Source of the DNA: Macrostomum lignano
Lineage: Eukaryota
Direction: 5' to 3'
NCBI GenBank assembly: GCA_002269645.1
Contig: NIVC01002573.1
Coordinates: 1 to 64,000 of the forward strand
DNA length: 64,000 nucleotides
Both the position numbers and the translations under genes were made by a program. Of the stretch, positions 25,120 to 36,748 are shown in pieces. Below the pieces are notes generated by a model, which saw only the letters and a program-made list of their open reading frames with translations, was not told the DNA's origin and did not search any database. How positions within the stretch are numbered: the stretch's first letter is position 1; the number at the start of each line of letters is the position of its first letter.

Positions 25120-26210
25120 TCAGAAAGGATTGCTTTGCGAACTAGGGATCTTGGGATGTACTTTAAACCTACAGTACAGAATGGGACTGGAGCTTTTTGG
25201 ATAAGATTGGGATTTGTGATCAATTGTGAATTGATGATGTGTGTTGAAAACCTCATTCTAGCTTGCATATATCTGATCTAATTTTATTTTAAGCTTTTCT
25301 CAAGCCAAAAATATCTAGTCCGCTCCGCGATCAACACTGCAGAACCATGTGCTCAGCTGAGCTACTCAAGATGAGCTGTTGGGATCTGCACTGCTCACGT
25401 CTCCTCTCCTCTAATCTCCCTCAGCCCGGCTACAGGCCGCCAAGGATCCCCATAGTCCCGTGCTGCTTGCGAGTACAGCCCACTTCACAGCCACCTGTAG
25501 CGCTTCCTCTGGGGAGCATTGTCGAAGAAAAGTTGCTAAAAATCGATCCCCAAGAATCCTGCATGCTGAGCCTTGCGTGGGCACGGAATTCGCCTGTCTG
25601 CTCAATGCTTCAACTCTCTACTCAGCCTTAAAATAGCTGGGCCAGTAGTGCATTGTTCAGCCCACGCTTTCCCAACTGAGTGAGTCATGCTTGAGCAGTT
25701 TAGAGGACAGTAGAGGGAGCGGATGCTGGAATGCGACTCCAGAGACGGGGCTGAGCAGACCAACTTAGTGCGCTCTGGCTCCAGTTTGCAAGATTCAGAC
25801 AAGAATCGCTGAAAAGTCGTTGCAAACAACTCGCTAGGGACTCTAGCGACTCTGGTGACTTTTTAGCGACTCAAACGCGTCTGATGCGACGGAGAGGCGA
25901 CTGTTGCGTCACAGGCGCGTCACGTGAGTTTTAGAACCGTAACAGAGTCGCGAGAGAGTTGTCAAAGTGACTTTAAGGCGATTGTTCGACGACTTTTTGG
26001 CGAGTTGTACCGCGAATTCTCGTTGTTTTAAAGTCGTCTAGAGTCACACCTTCCCTATTTTACCTGCGCTATCTGCAACGACTCTGAAACGGCTCTGGGG
26101 CAACGCAAGTGACTCTGGGACACCTCTTGGCCTTGGCCTGAATTATAGTTACTGAGTACCCGGATACAGAGGCTGAATGTCATATTACATGTGCAGCTAC
26201 TGGGACTACA

Positions 26211-26729
26211 CAAGGACCACTAGAAGTTGCCGTTGTATCAGGACGCAACACTCGTAAATATTGCAAAATTATTTGAAGGCCCGCTTTTGTTTACATTGCA
26301 GCTAAACTTTAAATGCTGATAACTCCGGACTGGTTGCACTTAGAAAGATAATTTTTTCGCCAGGTGGCTCGAAATTTTGTTCTCTTTAACATGAAGCAAA
26401 GTTTGGCGCTGTATCTACATGTAGGAGTATACTAGCAGTATCTGCTGTCTGCATAAAACCTTAGGAAATATTAAAACGAGTTGCATATAATGATATAATT
26501 ACTCAAAATATCTAGATTACAGCCTAAACAAACTTTAAATACACATTATATGAAGCTTCTGAGGCTCAAATGTAGTGCATGCTTCTTTAAAACAGTCGAC
26601 TCAAGTCGAGTAGATGCTTTTTTGAAGGCAAGTACCGATAAATACATGCAAACAAGCGGGCCTTCAAATAATTTTGCAATATTTGCGAGTGTTGCGTCCT
26701 GATACAACGGTGACTTCTAGTGGTCCTTG
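26211..26729. mobile_element. 519-bp MITE with about 75-bp TIRs (CAAGGACCACTAGAAG...) and 8-bp TSD GGACTACA
   Basis: The left TIR from 26211 and the right TIR ending 26729 are reverse complements with 3 mismatches. GGACTACA sits at 26203-26210 and 26730-26737. Confidence 0.9.
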
Positions 26730-26772
26730 GGACTACACAATCACAGGTGGACTGGCACAGCAGCCGAACTCA

Positions 26773-26910
<138 letters not shown>

Positions 26911-26921
26911 CTAGTGTCTCA

Positions 26922-27032
<111 letters not shown>

Positions 27033-27035
27033 CTA

Positions 27036-27245
<210 letters not shown>

Positions 27246-27726
27246 TTAGCGGCGAGCTCAGCCCACTCGCTGCCCTGTCTGAGCTGGGCCTCACTGTGTG
27301 GAAGCGAATGGCCGAGCTGTTGTGTGTACTACAGAACTGCATAAAGAGTTTCGCAGAGCTCTCGCCGCTAAGTCTGACGCAGTGCATACCTGCTACTAAG
27401 GGGCAGGCAGACAATATTCTAACAATGGGCTACTATAGAGAACAATTCTAATTTGGGTAAGCTTCTGCGGCCCTATAAATCACTTTAAAGTGCTTTGAAG
27501 CGTGCTATTCTCTGAATGGCGCATTGGAGAATTTTGTAAGAATGCAATGGAACTTAAGCCAAGGGAATCAGACTGCTGTAGTATTTCAGAACTGTTGGAT
27601 TCAAAAAGACGGCTTCAATCGCTCTTGACAACTTGACGAATTCAAGGAGCAGTCAACGGTCGCGATCCAGAACAAGCTTTCTTGAATGCGCTGTACGAGC
27701 AATCTGATGCAGCTCTGGAGCAAATA

Positions 27727-28385
27727 CACTCAGCAACATTTAAAACGCGACACTCTAACTAGAAAAAAAATCAACTCACTCAGAAGAGTCAAAGCGCATA
27801 GTCTATGGTTCAAATCGAGCTTCAGAAACGCGTGTAGCTTCCTCTCGCAAGTAACAGGGCGATGACTATGGACTGTTTTCAGATAGAGTGATCCAGCTGA
27901 GAGAATGGTTCAACAGATGACAGACGCGGAAAGATGGCGAGCAGTCGGAATGTTGGAAGCAGGTTGTACTCTTCGAACAGTTGCGCACGCTACGATAATG
28001 CACCGGCGCACCGGGCAGCAGCTGTCAGCGAACTCAAGGACCAGCTGCACCTGCGTACTCTTCGGTGGCCTTCAAGATCCCCTGATATGAACCCAATTGA
28101 ACATGTCTGGGACTTTATCAAGCGGAGTGTTCAACGGCAGAATCCGCCGCAGACAGTCGCTGAACTGCGAAACGCTGTTGCTAACGCGTGGCAGGAAATT
28201 CCCCAGGACTTTTTTCGACGCCTTGTTCTGGGAATGCCACGTCGAGTCAACGCCCTGTTACTTGTGAGAGGAGGCTACACGCGTTTCTGAAGCTCGATTT
28301 GAGCCATAGACTATGCGCTTTGACTCTTCTGAGTGAGTTGATTTTTCTTCTAGTTAGAGTGTTGCGTTTTAAATGTTGCTGAGTG
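27727..28385 (+). mobile_element. Internally deleted Tc1 (DD34E) DNA transposon, about 140-bp TIRs, TA TSD
   Basis: TA|CACTCAGCAAC...GTTGCTGAGTG|TA. An N-terminal HTH start (MVQQMTDAERWRAVGMLEAG) abuts, out of frame, the catalytic C-terminus DNAPAH...WPSRSPDMNPIEHVW, with 34 residues between D and E. Confidence 0.92.
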
Positions 28386-29139
28386 TACATTATATTGTCA
28401 CGTTGCAAGAAGATTAATGCAAATTCTACACAGCCAGGAAAGCCTCTATGGTCTCTGCTACCCTGGCACAGCATTTGGCTTGTTATTGACATAGACATTC
28501 TTTCTCCCCACTTATTTTCCTCTTGTGTCTGTCTCACTGTTTGTTCGTATAATTAATTGGCTTTCTTCACTCCTTCCTTCTGGCCTTCTCTCTCAGCCTT
28601 TCTCACGTGTACTTTTCACTGCACCCTCTCTGCTGTTTTCGCCCTGCTCAAACATACAGGTGAGCCTAATTTCGAAAATTGATTTATTAAAGCTCACCAT
28701 ACAGAAATCCAGTGTCATCATTAGGGAAAAATTTAAATAATGCAAATTTGTTTTTCTGAATTTTCCTGCTTTTCGGTTGCCAGTGCGGCTTTCATTTGTT
28801 TCATGGCTCCGCAGGGCTTCGAGGGAATCTGAAAAGAAGCAGGGAACTCGGCAGTCGGGCGAGTCTGATCACTTTTTTAACCATCCAGCGAGGCCAATCC
28901 AGTTTGAATTCCGGAGCAAAAGGAAACCCTTGCCTACCATTGTTCTCTGCCTGCAACCATTTGCTTGCAGCGCTGGCCTGCCGGTTCAGTGAGTGGCACT
29001 CTTCGCTTTTTGTCAAGCAAGCGGGTGCGGGGCTTTGAGCTGCCCAGCTGATTTGAGTTCTGTTCTGAGTATCTACACTAGGGATCTGCTGATCCTGTAG
29101 CTCTGTGGGCAGGGTCGTTCTTTAGACTCAGATCTCAGT

Positions 29140-29830
29140 CTTATTAAGATTCCGGTCAAATATCTTGATAAATTTATTAAGCCGGTCATCCCAGCGACAT
29201 ATATATGTTATATGTTACCATATATGTTACCATTACAGATGACCAAACGTTGGTTAGCTTCGATGTTGAATCCTTGCTCACAAATGTCCCGTTGAAGCTC
29301 GCCATCGATCTTGCGTGCTAGTACGTGTATAGCGACAACAATACCAATAAACAGCCGTTCGATGCTCGAAAGTTAAAAAAAAACTGCCCGAATTGAGTAC
29401 CAACGGTATCTTAATATTTCAAAACAAATTATATCGTTAAACTGATGGATGTGCAATGGGCAGCCCGCTGGCTCCAACGCTGGCTAACTTATGCCTGGTG
29501 CAGTGGGAGTCTGAGTGGTTAAAGAGTGTAAATCGGCACCACGGATGTAACTATCGATATGTCAATGACACGTTCGCCATTTTTGATTCTCAAACTCATG
29601 ATGAGTTTTTTGACATGCAAGAATCAATGAACTGAACAACATTAAAGAAAATCCCGACCAAAAGTGGATATCCGTCAAGTTTTACTGATTATGAGATTTC
29701 CAGGTTCCTGCTCTAGAAATTCGATAAGAAAGAACAAAGTACGCAAAGGGAGTAGAAGATAATTCTAATCCAGTCATCAAAATTCCATACTTGGTCCTGG
29801 CAGCATTAAATTTCAAAAGAAATTAACTTA
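29140..29830 (+). mobile_element. Decayed Penelope-like element reverse transcriptase fragment
   Basis: Manual translation gives LVSFDVESLLTNVP (29250), DGCAMGSPLAPTLANL (about 29445), YRYVNDTFAIF (about 29552) and KIPYLG (about 29780), with internal stop codons. Confidence 0.82.
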
Positions 29831-29932
29831 TATTTGTCGCAAGCATTTTGAATCCAGTGCAACCAGTGTGTTAACGTGAACCCCGCTCACAATTTTAAAA
29901 TCATCGATCGCACTGAGCACCATAGTAAACTA

Positions 29933-29967
29933 CTAGCAATCTAGTGCGGCCCCCCTTCGGGGCGCCC
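29933..29967 (-). mobile_element. Probable Helitron 3' terminus (GC hairpin followed by CTAG|T)
   Basis: Minus strand reads GGGCGCCCCGAAGGGGGGCCGCACTAGATTGCTAG|T. Confidence 0.45.
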
Positions 29968-30169
29968 AATAAGCAAGGAGCAAAAATAGTTCATGGAAAA
30001 AAATTAAAAAAGCACATTTTCTTAAACACCAATTCCTTCTTCACTTTTAAAAATCACCTTATTCATGTAAAATTGTCACGGACAATGATATTTGCTATGA
30101 ATATCTTTTTTTCTAAAATTAGCAAACAGACAACAAAATAAAGCGTTCACAAAGATAACAGACATTCCC

Positions 30170-31785
30170 CCTAAATAGAAAATATTCCCAAGACAGCAAG
30201 CATCCCCCTCTAAAAGTAAGCAACCGCAGATAGCAAGCATCCCTAATACTCGTAGCTAGCATCCACCCAGATAGCAAGCATTCTGCAGATAGCAAGCATC
30301 TCCCAGATATTGTTGAAGCATCCACCCAGATAGCAAGCATCCTGCAGATAGCAAGAATCCCTAAATAGCAAGCATCCCTGGATAGAAAGAATCCCATACG
30401 TGTAGCCAAGCTTATCAAGCGCAGTAATCCTTTGTTTGCCAAGTGCAATAATCCTTGGTTTATCAAGTGCAGTAAATAGAAAATAATAACCCCCTAAATA
30501 GAAAATATTTCCAAGACAGCAAGCATCCCTTCAGATAGTAAGCACCCCCCCTCCAAAAGTAAGCAACCGCAGATAGCAAGCATCCCTAATACTCGTAGCA
30601 AGCATCCATCCAGATAGCAAGCATCTGCAGATAGCAAGCATCCCCCAGATATTGTTGAAGCCTCCACCTAGATAGCAAGCATCCACCCAGATAGCAAGCA
30701 TCTGCAGATAGCAAGCATCTCCCAGATATTGTTAAAGCATCCACCTAGATAGCAAGCATCCTGCAGATAGCAAGCATCCATCAAATATTGTAGAAGCATG
30801 CACCCAGATAGCAAGCATCCTGCACATAGCAAGCATCCACCAAGATGGCAAGCATCCCCCAGATAGCAAGCATCCCCCAGATAGCAAGCATCCCCCAGAT
30901 AGCAAGCATCCTCCAGATAGCAAGCATCCCCCAGATAGCAAGCATCCCCCAGATAGCAAGCATCCCCCAGATAGCAAGCATCCCCCAGATAGCAAGCATC
31001 CCCCAGATAGCAAGCATCCCCCAGATAGCAAGCATCCCCCAGATAGCAAGCATCCCCCAGATAGCAAGCATCCCCCAGATAGCAAGCATCCCCCAGATAG
31101 CAAGCATCCCCCAGATAGCAAGCATCCCCCAGATAGCAAGCATCCCCCAGATAGCAAGCATCCCCCAGATAGCAAGCATCCCCCAGATAGCAAGCATCCC
31201 CCAGATAGCAAGCATCCACCTAGATAGCAAGCATCCCCCAGATAGCAAGCATCCCCCAGATAGCAAGCATCCCCCAGATAGCAAGCATCCCCCAGATAGC
31301 AAGCATCCCCCAGATAGCAAGCATCCCCCAGATAGCAAGCATCCCCCAGATAGCAAGCATCCCCCAGATAGCAAGCATCCCCCAGATAGCAAGCATCCCC
31401 CAGATAGCAAGCATCCCCCAGATAGCAAGCATCCCCCAGATAGCAAGCATCCCCCAGATAGCAAGCATCCCCCAGATAGCAAGCATCCCCCAGATAGCAA
31501 GCATCCCCCAGATAGCAAGCATCCCCCAGATAGCAAGCATCCCCCAGATAGCAAGCATCCCCCAGATAGCAAGCATCCCCCAGATAGCAAGCATCCCCCA
31601 GATAGCAAGCATCCCCCAGATAGCAAGCATCCCCCAGATAGCAAGCATCCCCCAGATAGCAAGCATCCCCCAGATAGCAAGCATCCCCCAGATAGCAAGC
31701 ATCCCCCAGATAGCAAGCATCCCCCAGATAGCAAGCATCCCCCAGATAGCAAGCATCCCCCAGATAGCAAGCATCCCCCAGATAG
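30170..31785. repeat. 18-bp minisatellite (AGATAGCAAGCATCCCCC), degenerate on the left and near-perfect from about 30850
   Basis: Direct periodicity; 6-aa ORF periods. Confidence 0.96.
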
Positions 31786-32674
31786 TAGTAAACTATCTAT
31801 ATTGGGAGCTTTGCACATCAAAGACTGTAAACCCTCTCTTCACGTTCAATTAGCAGGGAGATGCAGCGGTGTGCATCTCAGAATTTTCTTGCTCTGTCGA
31901 CTTTTTAAGTTAAGGCTGTGCAATTCTAGCTTTTTTGGTACACTATGCTCTAATTTATAATTTATATGTTGCGTCTCTTCTACCATGTTGGTCTCAAAAA
32001 TATTTTATTCTACCCGAAGATGCTGTGAGTTCAGCGAAACATGTCGTACAAATAAAGTTTTAGTTTTATTCGCCATCGGTATCCACAAATACTCGAAAAA
32101 GAAAATGTTTAATGTCGGCTTTGTCGTTTTTAATCTTCTAAAGAAAGTAGCCAGCCTCGAAGCAAATGACTCTTTAAGAAGTGCGGCCCATAGGCGTGTG
32201 TTCTGACACCTCCAGCCCTCTGTGGCCACTCGTGGCCTTTGAGAAGTGTATTTTCTTGTTTTTGTCCCACCCAATTAATAGACTACAATAAGTATTCTAA
32301 AACAGCCTCTCAAGGCTATCCGAAAATAAACCTTGCCTACATCCCAGCTCTAGAACTGCGCGATACTTTCACTCACCTAGCCTGGAAAAATGGTTCATTT
32401 TTATTGCCCCGGCCATAATGCAAGGCTGCGGCAGCAAACTGATGCACAGCACGAGCTAAAAGGCCTCAATTATACCGACTTTGAACGGATAACAGTGCAG
32501 AAGTCCTTCTGTCAGTCACGCACCCTCTCTTGCTCTGAAACTGGGAGAAGAATGGGCCTCTCCAGGAGAAGAAGAGACAGTGCGGAAGGCGGCTGGGACG
32601 GGACGGTGGAAAGCAAGAAAAGCATCGGCAGCGACGCCCGATAGGTTGCCAGGCCTGAGGGAATTCTGGTAGCT

Positions 32675-32992
32675 ATGGGGAGACGCTTTAAGACAAAAGC
32701 GCCTGCCTTCCCCTCTGCCTACGAGTACTTCTGCCAACTCGCCCGCAGGCCCCAGACTCGTGTCCACCGCTCTGAGTCCTCGCCAGCCATGGCCTCGGGC
32801 CCTCCCCAGATGGTGCAGGTGCTGTCATACCAGCCCGCCACTGACAGCCGCAGCAACAACAGCCGGTCGTCGGCCTCGCTCTCCCCAGAAGCCAAGGAGC
32901 TGCCAAGAATTACCAAGAAGCCGCAACAGCAGCAGCAACAACAACAACATGAGAAGCAGACGGCAAAGACAAAAAAGAAGCCGAAACAACAG

Positions 32993-33070
<78 letters not shown>

Positions 33071-33628
33071 TCTTTCTCTGACACGGAAAGTCGCGGCTCG
33101 AAGTCGCAGCAGCAGCCGAAGCCGCCGCCGCCGAATCATCACCGCCAGGCCACAACGTTCGGCAGCGACTGGCGAAACCCAAACGAGATGGACTACTCGG
33201 ATCCCAACGGGCCGAGGCGGCGCGACCAGCAGGACGGCATCAACGCGCCGCTGCTGCACCGCCGTCTGGACGCCGCCCTGCAGCGCATCGACAGAATCGG
33301 CAGTCCAAAGAAGCTCAAGAAGGAGATGCGCGAGCTGCGGCAGCAGTTCGCCTTGCTGGAGGCGCGGATCCAGGACTACCAGGAGATGCGGGACAGCCTC
33401 ACCTACCAGCAGGGCGTGGTGGCCTCTGTCAACGCCAGGCTGTCCAAGCTGGAGGCCGAGATGAAGCGCATCGGGGCTGAAGCTGAGGAACTCACCCACC
33501 TGCTCAAGACGCCTGGCGCGCTGGAGGAGGAGCAAATCAGGGTCACGAGGGAGAAGATTAGCAAGAAGCGGCAGCAGAGCACCACGGGAAGCAATCGGCC
33601 GGGCGGCTCGAAGGCGAATAAAGACTGA
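32675..33628 (+). CDS. Hypothetical polyQ / coiled-coil protein (paralog A)
   Basis: 317-codon GC-rich ORF with a Q24 tract (32996-33067) and a heptad-rich C-terminal half homologous to 36263..36748. The true start is uncertain (32675 or MASGPP at about 32788). Confidence 0.7.
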
Positions 33629-33724
33629 GACTGAATTTTTGTTTATGTTTATGTTTAAAGCAGGTTTTGGGGTTAGGGTTTAGTCTTTGTGATATCGGAA
33701 ATATATTAAAGTGTTAATAGTTCA

Positions 33725-34060
33725 GACCTCACTATCGAGTGCTCATAGTCCAGAGCTCACTATCGAGTGCTCATAGTCCAGAGCTCACTATCGAGTGCTC
33801 ATAGTCCAGAGCTCACTATCGAGTGCTCATAGTTCAGAGCTCACTATCGAGTGCTCATAGTCCAGAGCTCACTATCGAGTACTCACTATTGATTGCTAAC
33901 TATCGAGTGCTCATAGTCCAGAACTCACTATCGAGTGCTCATAGTCCAGAGCTCACTATCGAGTGCTCATAGTCCAGAACTCACTATCGAGTGCTCATAG
34001 TCCAGAGCTCACTATCGAATGCTCATAGTTCAGACTTCACTATCGAGTGCTCATAGCTAG
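33725..34060. repeat. 28-bp minisatellite (CTCACTATCGAGTGCTCATAGTCCAGAG)
   Basis: Period of 28 measured between 33728 and 33756. Confidence 0.92.
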
Positions 34061-34519
34061 CAGCTGAGCTTCAACTGCTCACAGACGCTAGCCGATTTGG
34101 CTACCAAAGTTAGGTATCAGTTGCCATGAAATGTGCATTAAGACAGTTTGCTAATTGTCAAATGAGAAAGAAATATGCTGCTTGATAATTGAATATTTTC
34201 TTTACTGACCTTCGTTCTGAAAGTGCTGTCTGTTTGTCTGCGTCCAAGTAATTAATATTTCAATATTTTTAATCCACATATACTTGATTTCTATAAACTA
34301 TTGCTATACTGTCTTATTAAAGTGAGAAAATTTCAAATTGCTATATTTTCAAGTATAAATATAAATTTTTTTATATTCAAGTTGCTTTCTGTTGACTAAC
34401 TGAAGTCGTAAGCTCGAAAATCAGTTTCCGACTCTTCCAGTTGGATTCCTCTCTGCATCACTTGGACACTAAAAAAACGTTCTTGTATTTCATTCACCAC
34501 TATACTGAAATGGTTTGTC

Positions 34520-34688
34520 GGTAGGTAGGTAGGTAGGTAGGTAGGTAGGTAGGTAGGTAGGTAGGTAGGTAGGTAGGTAGGTAGGTAGGTAGGTAGGTAG
34601 GTAGGTAGGTAGGTAGGTAGGTAGGTAGGTAGGTAGGTAGGTAGGTAGGTAGGTAGGTAGGTAGGTAGGTAGGTAGGTAGGTAGGTAG
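34520..34688. repeat. (GGTA)n microsatellite
   Basis: Read directly. Confidence 0.97.
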
Positions 34689-34769
34689 CTATGTGATTGA
34701 TTAAAAAAACGGCTCAACTGATTTTCATGAAACTTATACACCGTTTGATCAGAAATTTTTCTTGTCAGA

Positions 34770-35097
34770 GATTCCAAGGCTTACGGGAATTGCTGAGATG
34801 TCAAGGCTTACGGGAATTGCTGAGATGCCAAGGCTTACGGGAATTGCTGAGATGCCAAGGCTTACGGGAATTGCTGAGATGCCAAGGCTTACGGGAATTG
34901 CTGAGATGCCAAGGCTTACGGGAATTGCTGAGATGCCAAGGCTTACGGGAATTGCTGAGATGCCAAGGCTTACGGGAATTGCTGAGATGTCAAGGCTTAC
35001 GGGAATTGCTGAGATGCCAAGGCTTACGGGAATTGCTGAGATGCCAAGGCTTACGGGAATTGCTGAGATGCCAAGGCTTACGGGAATTGCTGAGATG
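34770..35097. repeat. 27-bp minisatellite (CCAAGGCTTACGGGAATTGCTGAGATG)
   Basis: Direct periodicity; 9-aa ORF period. Confidence 0.96.
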
Positions 35098-35274
35098 TGA
35101 AGGGTCAATTGGAAGTTGTTGGTAGGCCAAGCCAAAGGTGGATCAAAAGGGAGAGTTTGGGTTAAGCCATGTCTCAAATGGAGGCTTTGGTGACAAAGCT
35201 CACAGAGGATGCTGATATCTTAGACTAGCTAGATGGCTGACCTTCAGGGCTGGTGCTTTTTGCTTTAAACATCA

Positions 35275-35636
35275 TTTTTTTTATTAGAGGCAGGGGGGTT
35301 GTGTGCACCCTGGCACACTTTAAGCGACATGGGCACACAACCGGCGAGAGGCATTACTGCCCATTCTGCCGACTCCCCTGAGCAGGCATACAAGCGCGCG
35401 GATACGTACGCAGGCACACACTCACACAGGAGTGTACAGCGGCCCTAACTTTATATTATCGTTAGGCATGTACACTTCACTGCGCCTTGGGGGGTTGGCT
35501 CTCAAGGCCGTTAATTGCACGAGCAGAGCCAAGCCGAGATTCCAATTCAGCCCCAAATTAATGTGACTGCACTTGGAATCGAGCCTGGGTCGCTGGCACA
35601 CCAGAGCCTGCGCTAGACCGCTGGGCTACGGACCCC
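35275..35636 (-). mobile_element. tRNA-derived SINE, family 2, near full length
   Basis: Minus strand starts GGGGTCCGTAGCCCAGCGGTCTAGCGC (A box TAGCCCAGCGG), has a B box GGCTCGATTCC and ends in CTAATAAAAAAAA. A second copy lies at 6294-6580. Confidence 0.85.
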
Positions 35637-36262
35637 CATCATTTTCCGTAGTAGGATACTAAAAATAGCGACTGTACAAGGTCAAAACTCACATGTATTT
35701 TATTAAAAAAATGTATTACTTTCTTTGTTGCCTCTCCAACGGGGGCCGCTGGAGTAAGTCTAAATTTTGCTGGGAGCACCGGCCGGGAACTGCTTTGACT
35801 GTGGGCAACAAATTAAACTGGGGTGGTCGTTTGAGCTGGGATAGGGGACAGGGAGAGACAGGGGAGGCAGAGGCTTTGCCGGGGACGCTTCAAGCTAGAA
35901 ATCTGGACTGGAAACGAAGCTCTCACTGGGCCGTTTCTTTGCGACAGCTTAAAGCCGATGAACTTTTCTTCTAGGAAGGCGGACAGAAAATTCTGTAGTG
36001 CCTCTAAAATGCCAATTTTCTTCAGAATTGTGCAGCCGATACAGCTCACAGAAGACCTCGATCGGCTCCAGACGCTTTGGCTTGAACGCCCTGGCTTCCC
36101 TTTGCCTCCACGGTTGCTATGGCCGCGCTGCCATCGGGAGCAGCTCAGTTCAGTCCCGTATAATAAAATTGAGAATATAATTTATTTTGCTCCAGGACCA
36201 GCTATTCAATTCAACGATTCCAGAGTCCCTGAGCCCGATCTATAGCGTCTGCCCAGCATTCG

Positions 36263-36748
36263 ATGGACCATCACGGCAAGCCGCCCGGCCTCCAGCAGTC
36301 GCCGTTGCAGCAGCCGCAGCCGCCGCCGCCGCTGGCGATGCGCCGGGAGAAGACCCGCCTGACTTTCGTCCGCGCCATCCAGAAGGCGACGGCGGCCCAG
36401 GCCGAGCAGGGCATCAACGGCCCAGCGCTGCATCGCCGCATCGACGCGGTCTGTCGCCGGCTCGACTCGCTTGGCGACCTCAGCGAAGTCCGCGACCAGC
36501 TGGCCGCGGTGCAGAGCAAAACTGGCCGGGTTGGCAAGATGGAGAAGCAGCTGGCCGAGCTGCAGCAGCATCTGGCGCAACAGGAGGCGCTCACTGCCGA
36601 CCTGGTAGGCCGCCTGGCCAAGGTGGAGTCGGAGAATGCCGGCATGCTGAAGCTGGTGGGCGAGCTGCACGAGATCATTCTGAACCCCGGCAGGCTGCAG
36701 CAGGAGCAGCAGGCAGCGGTGAGGCGGAAGAACCTGACGGAGAAGTGA
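36263..36748 (+). CDS. Hypothetical coiled-coil protein (paralog B)
   Basis: 161-codon GC-rich ORF sharing GINxPxLHRRxDA and PGxL(E/Q)(E/Q)EQ motifs with 32675..33628. Confidence 0.7.
   Translation: MDHHGKPPGLQQSPLQQPQPPPPLAMRREKTRLTFVRAIQKATAAQAEQGINGPALHRRIDAVCRRLDSLGDLSEVRDQLAAVQSKTGRVGKMEKQLAELQQHLAQQEALTADLVGRLAKVESENAGMLKLVGELHEIILNPGRLQQEQQAAVRRKNLTEK

Noticed and set aside
30668-31960. Long repeat ORFs (DACYLG, IASIPQ, DSKHPP, LLSGGC)
   Set aside because: An 18-bp unit with no stop in most frames, and no unique coding flanks.
32390-32644. Short ORF MVHFYCPGHNARLRQQ upstream of coiled-coil gene A
   Set aside because: It could be an upstream exon or frameshifted 5' part, but I found no splice junction or homology to support a call.
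32719-33535. Poly-Cys, poly-Leu, poly-Ala and poly-Ser ORFs
   Set aside because: Alternative frames of the CAG tract in the plus-strand polyQ gene.
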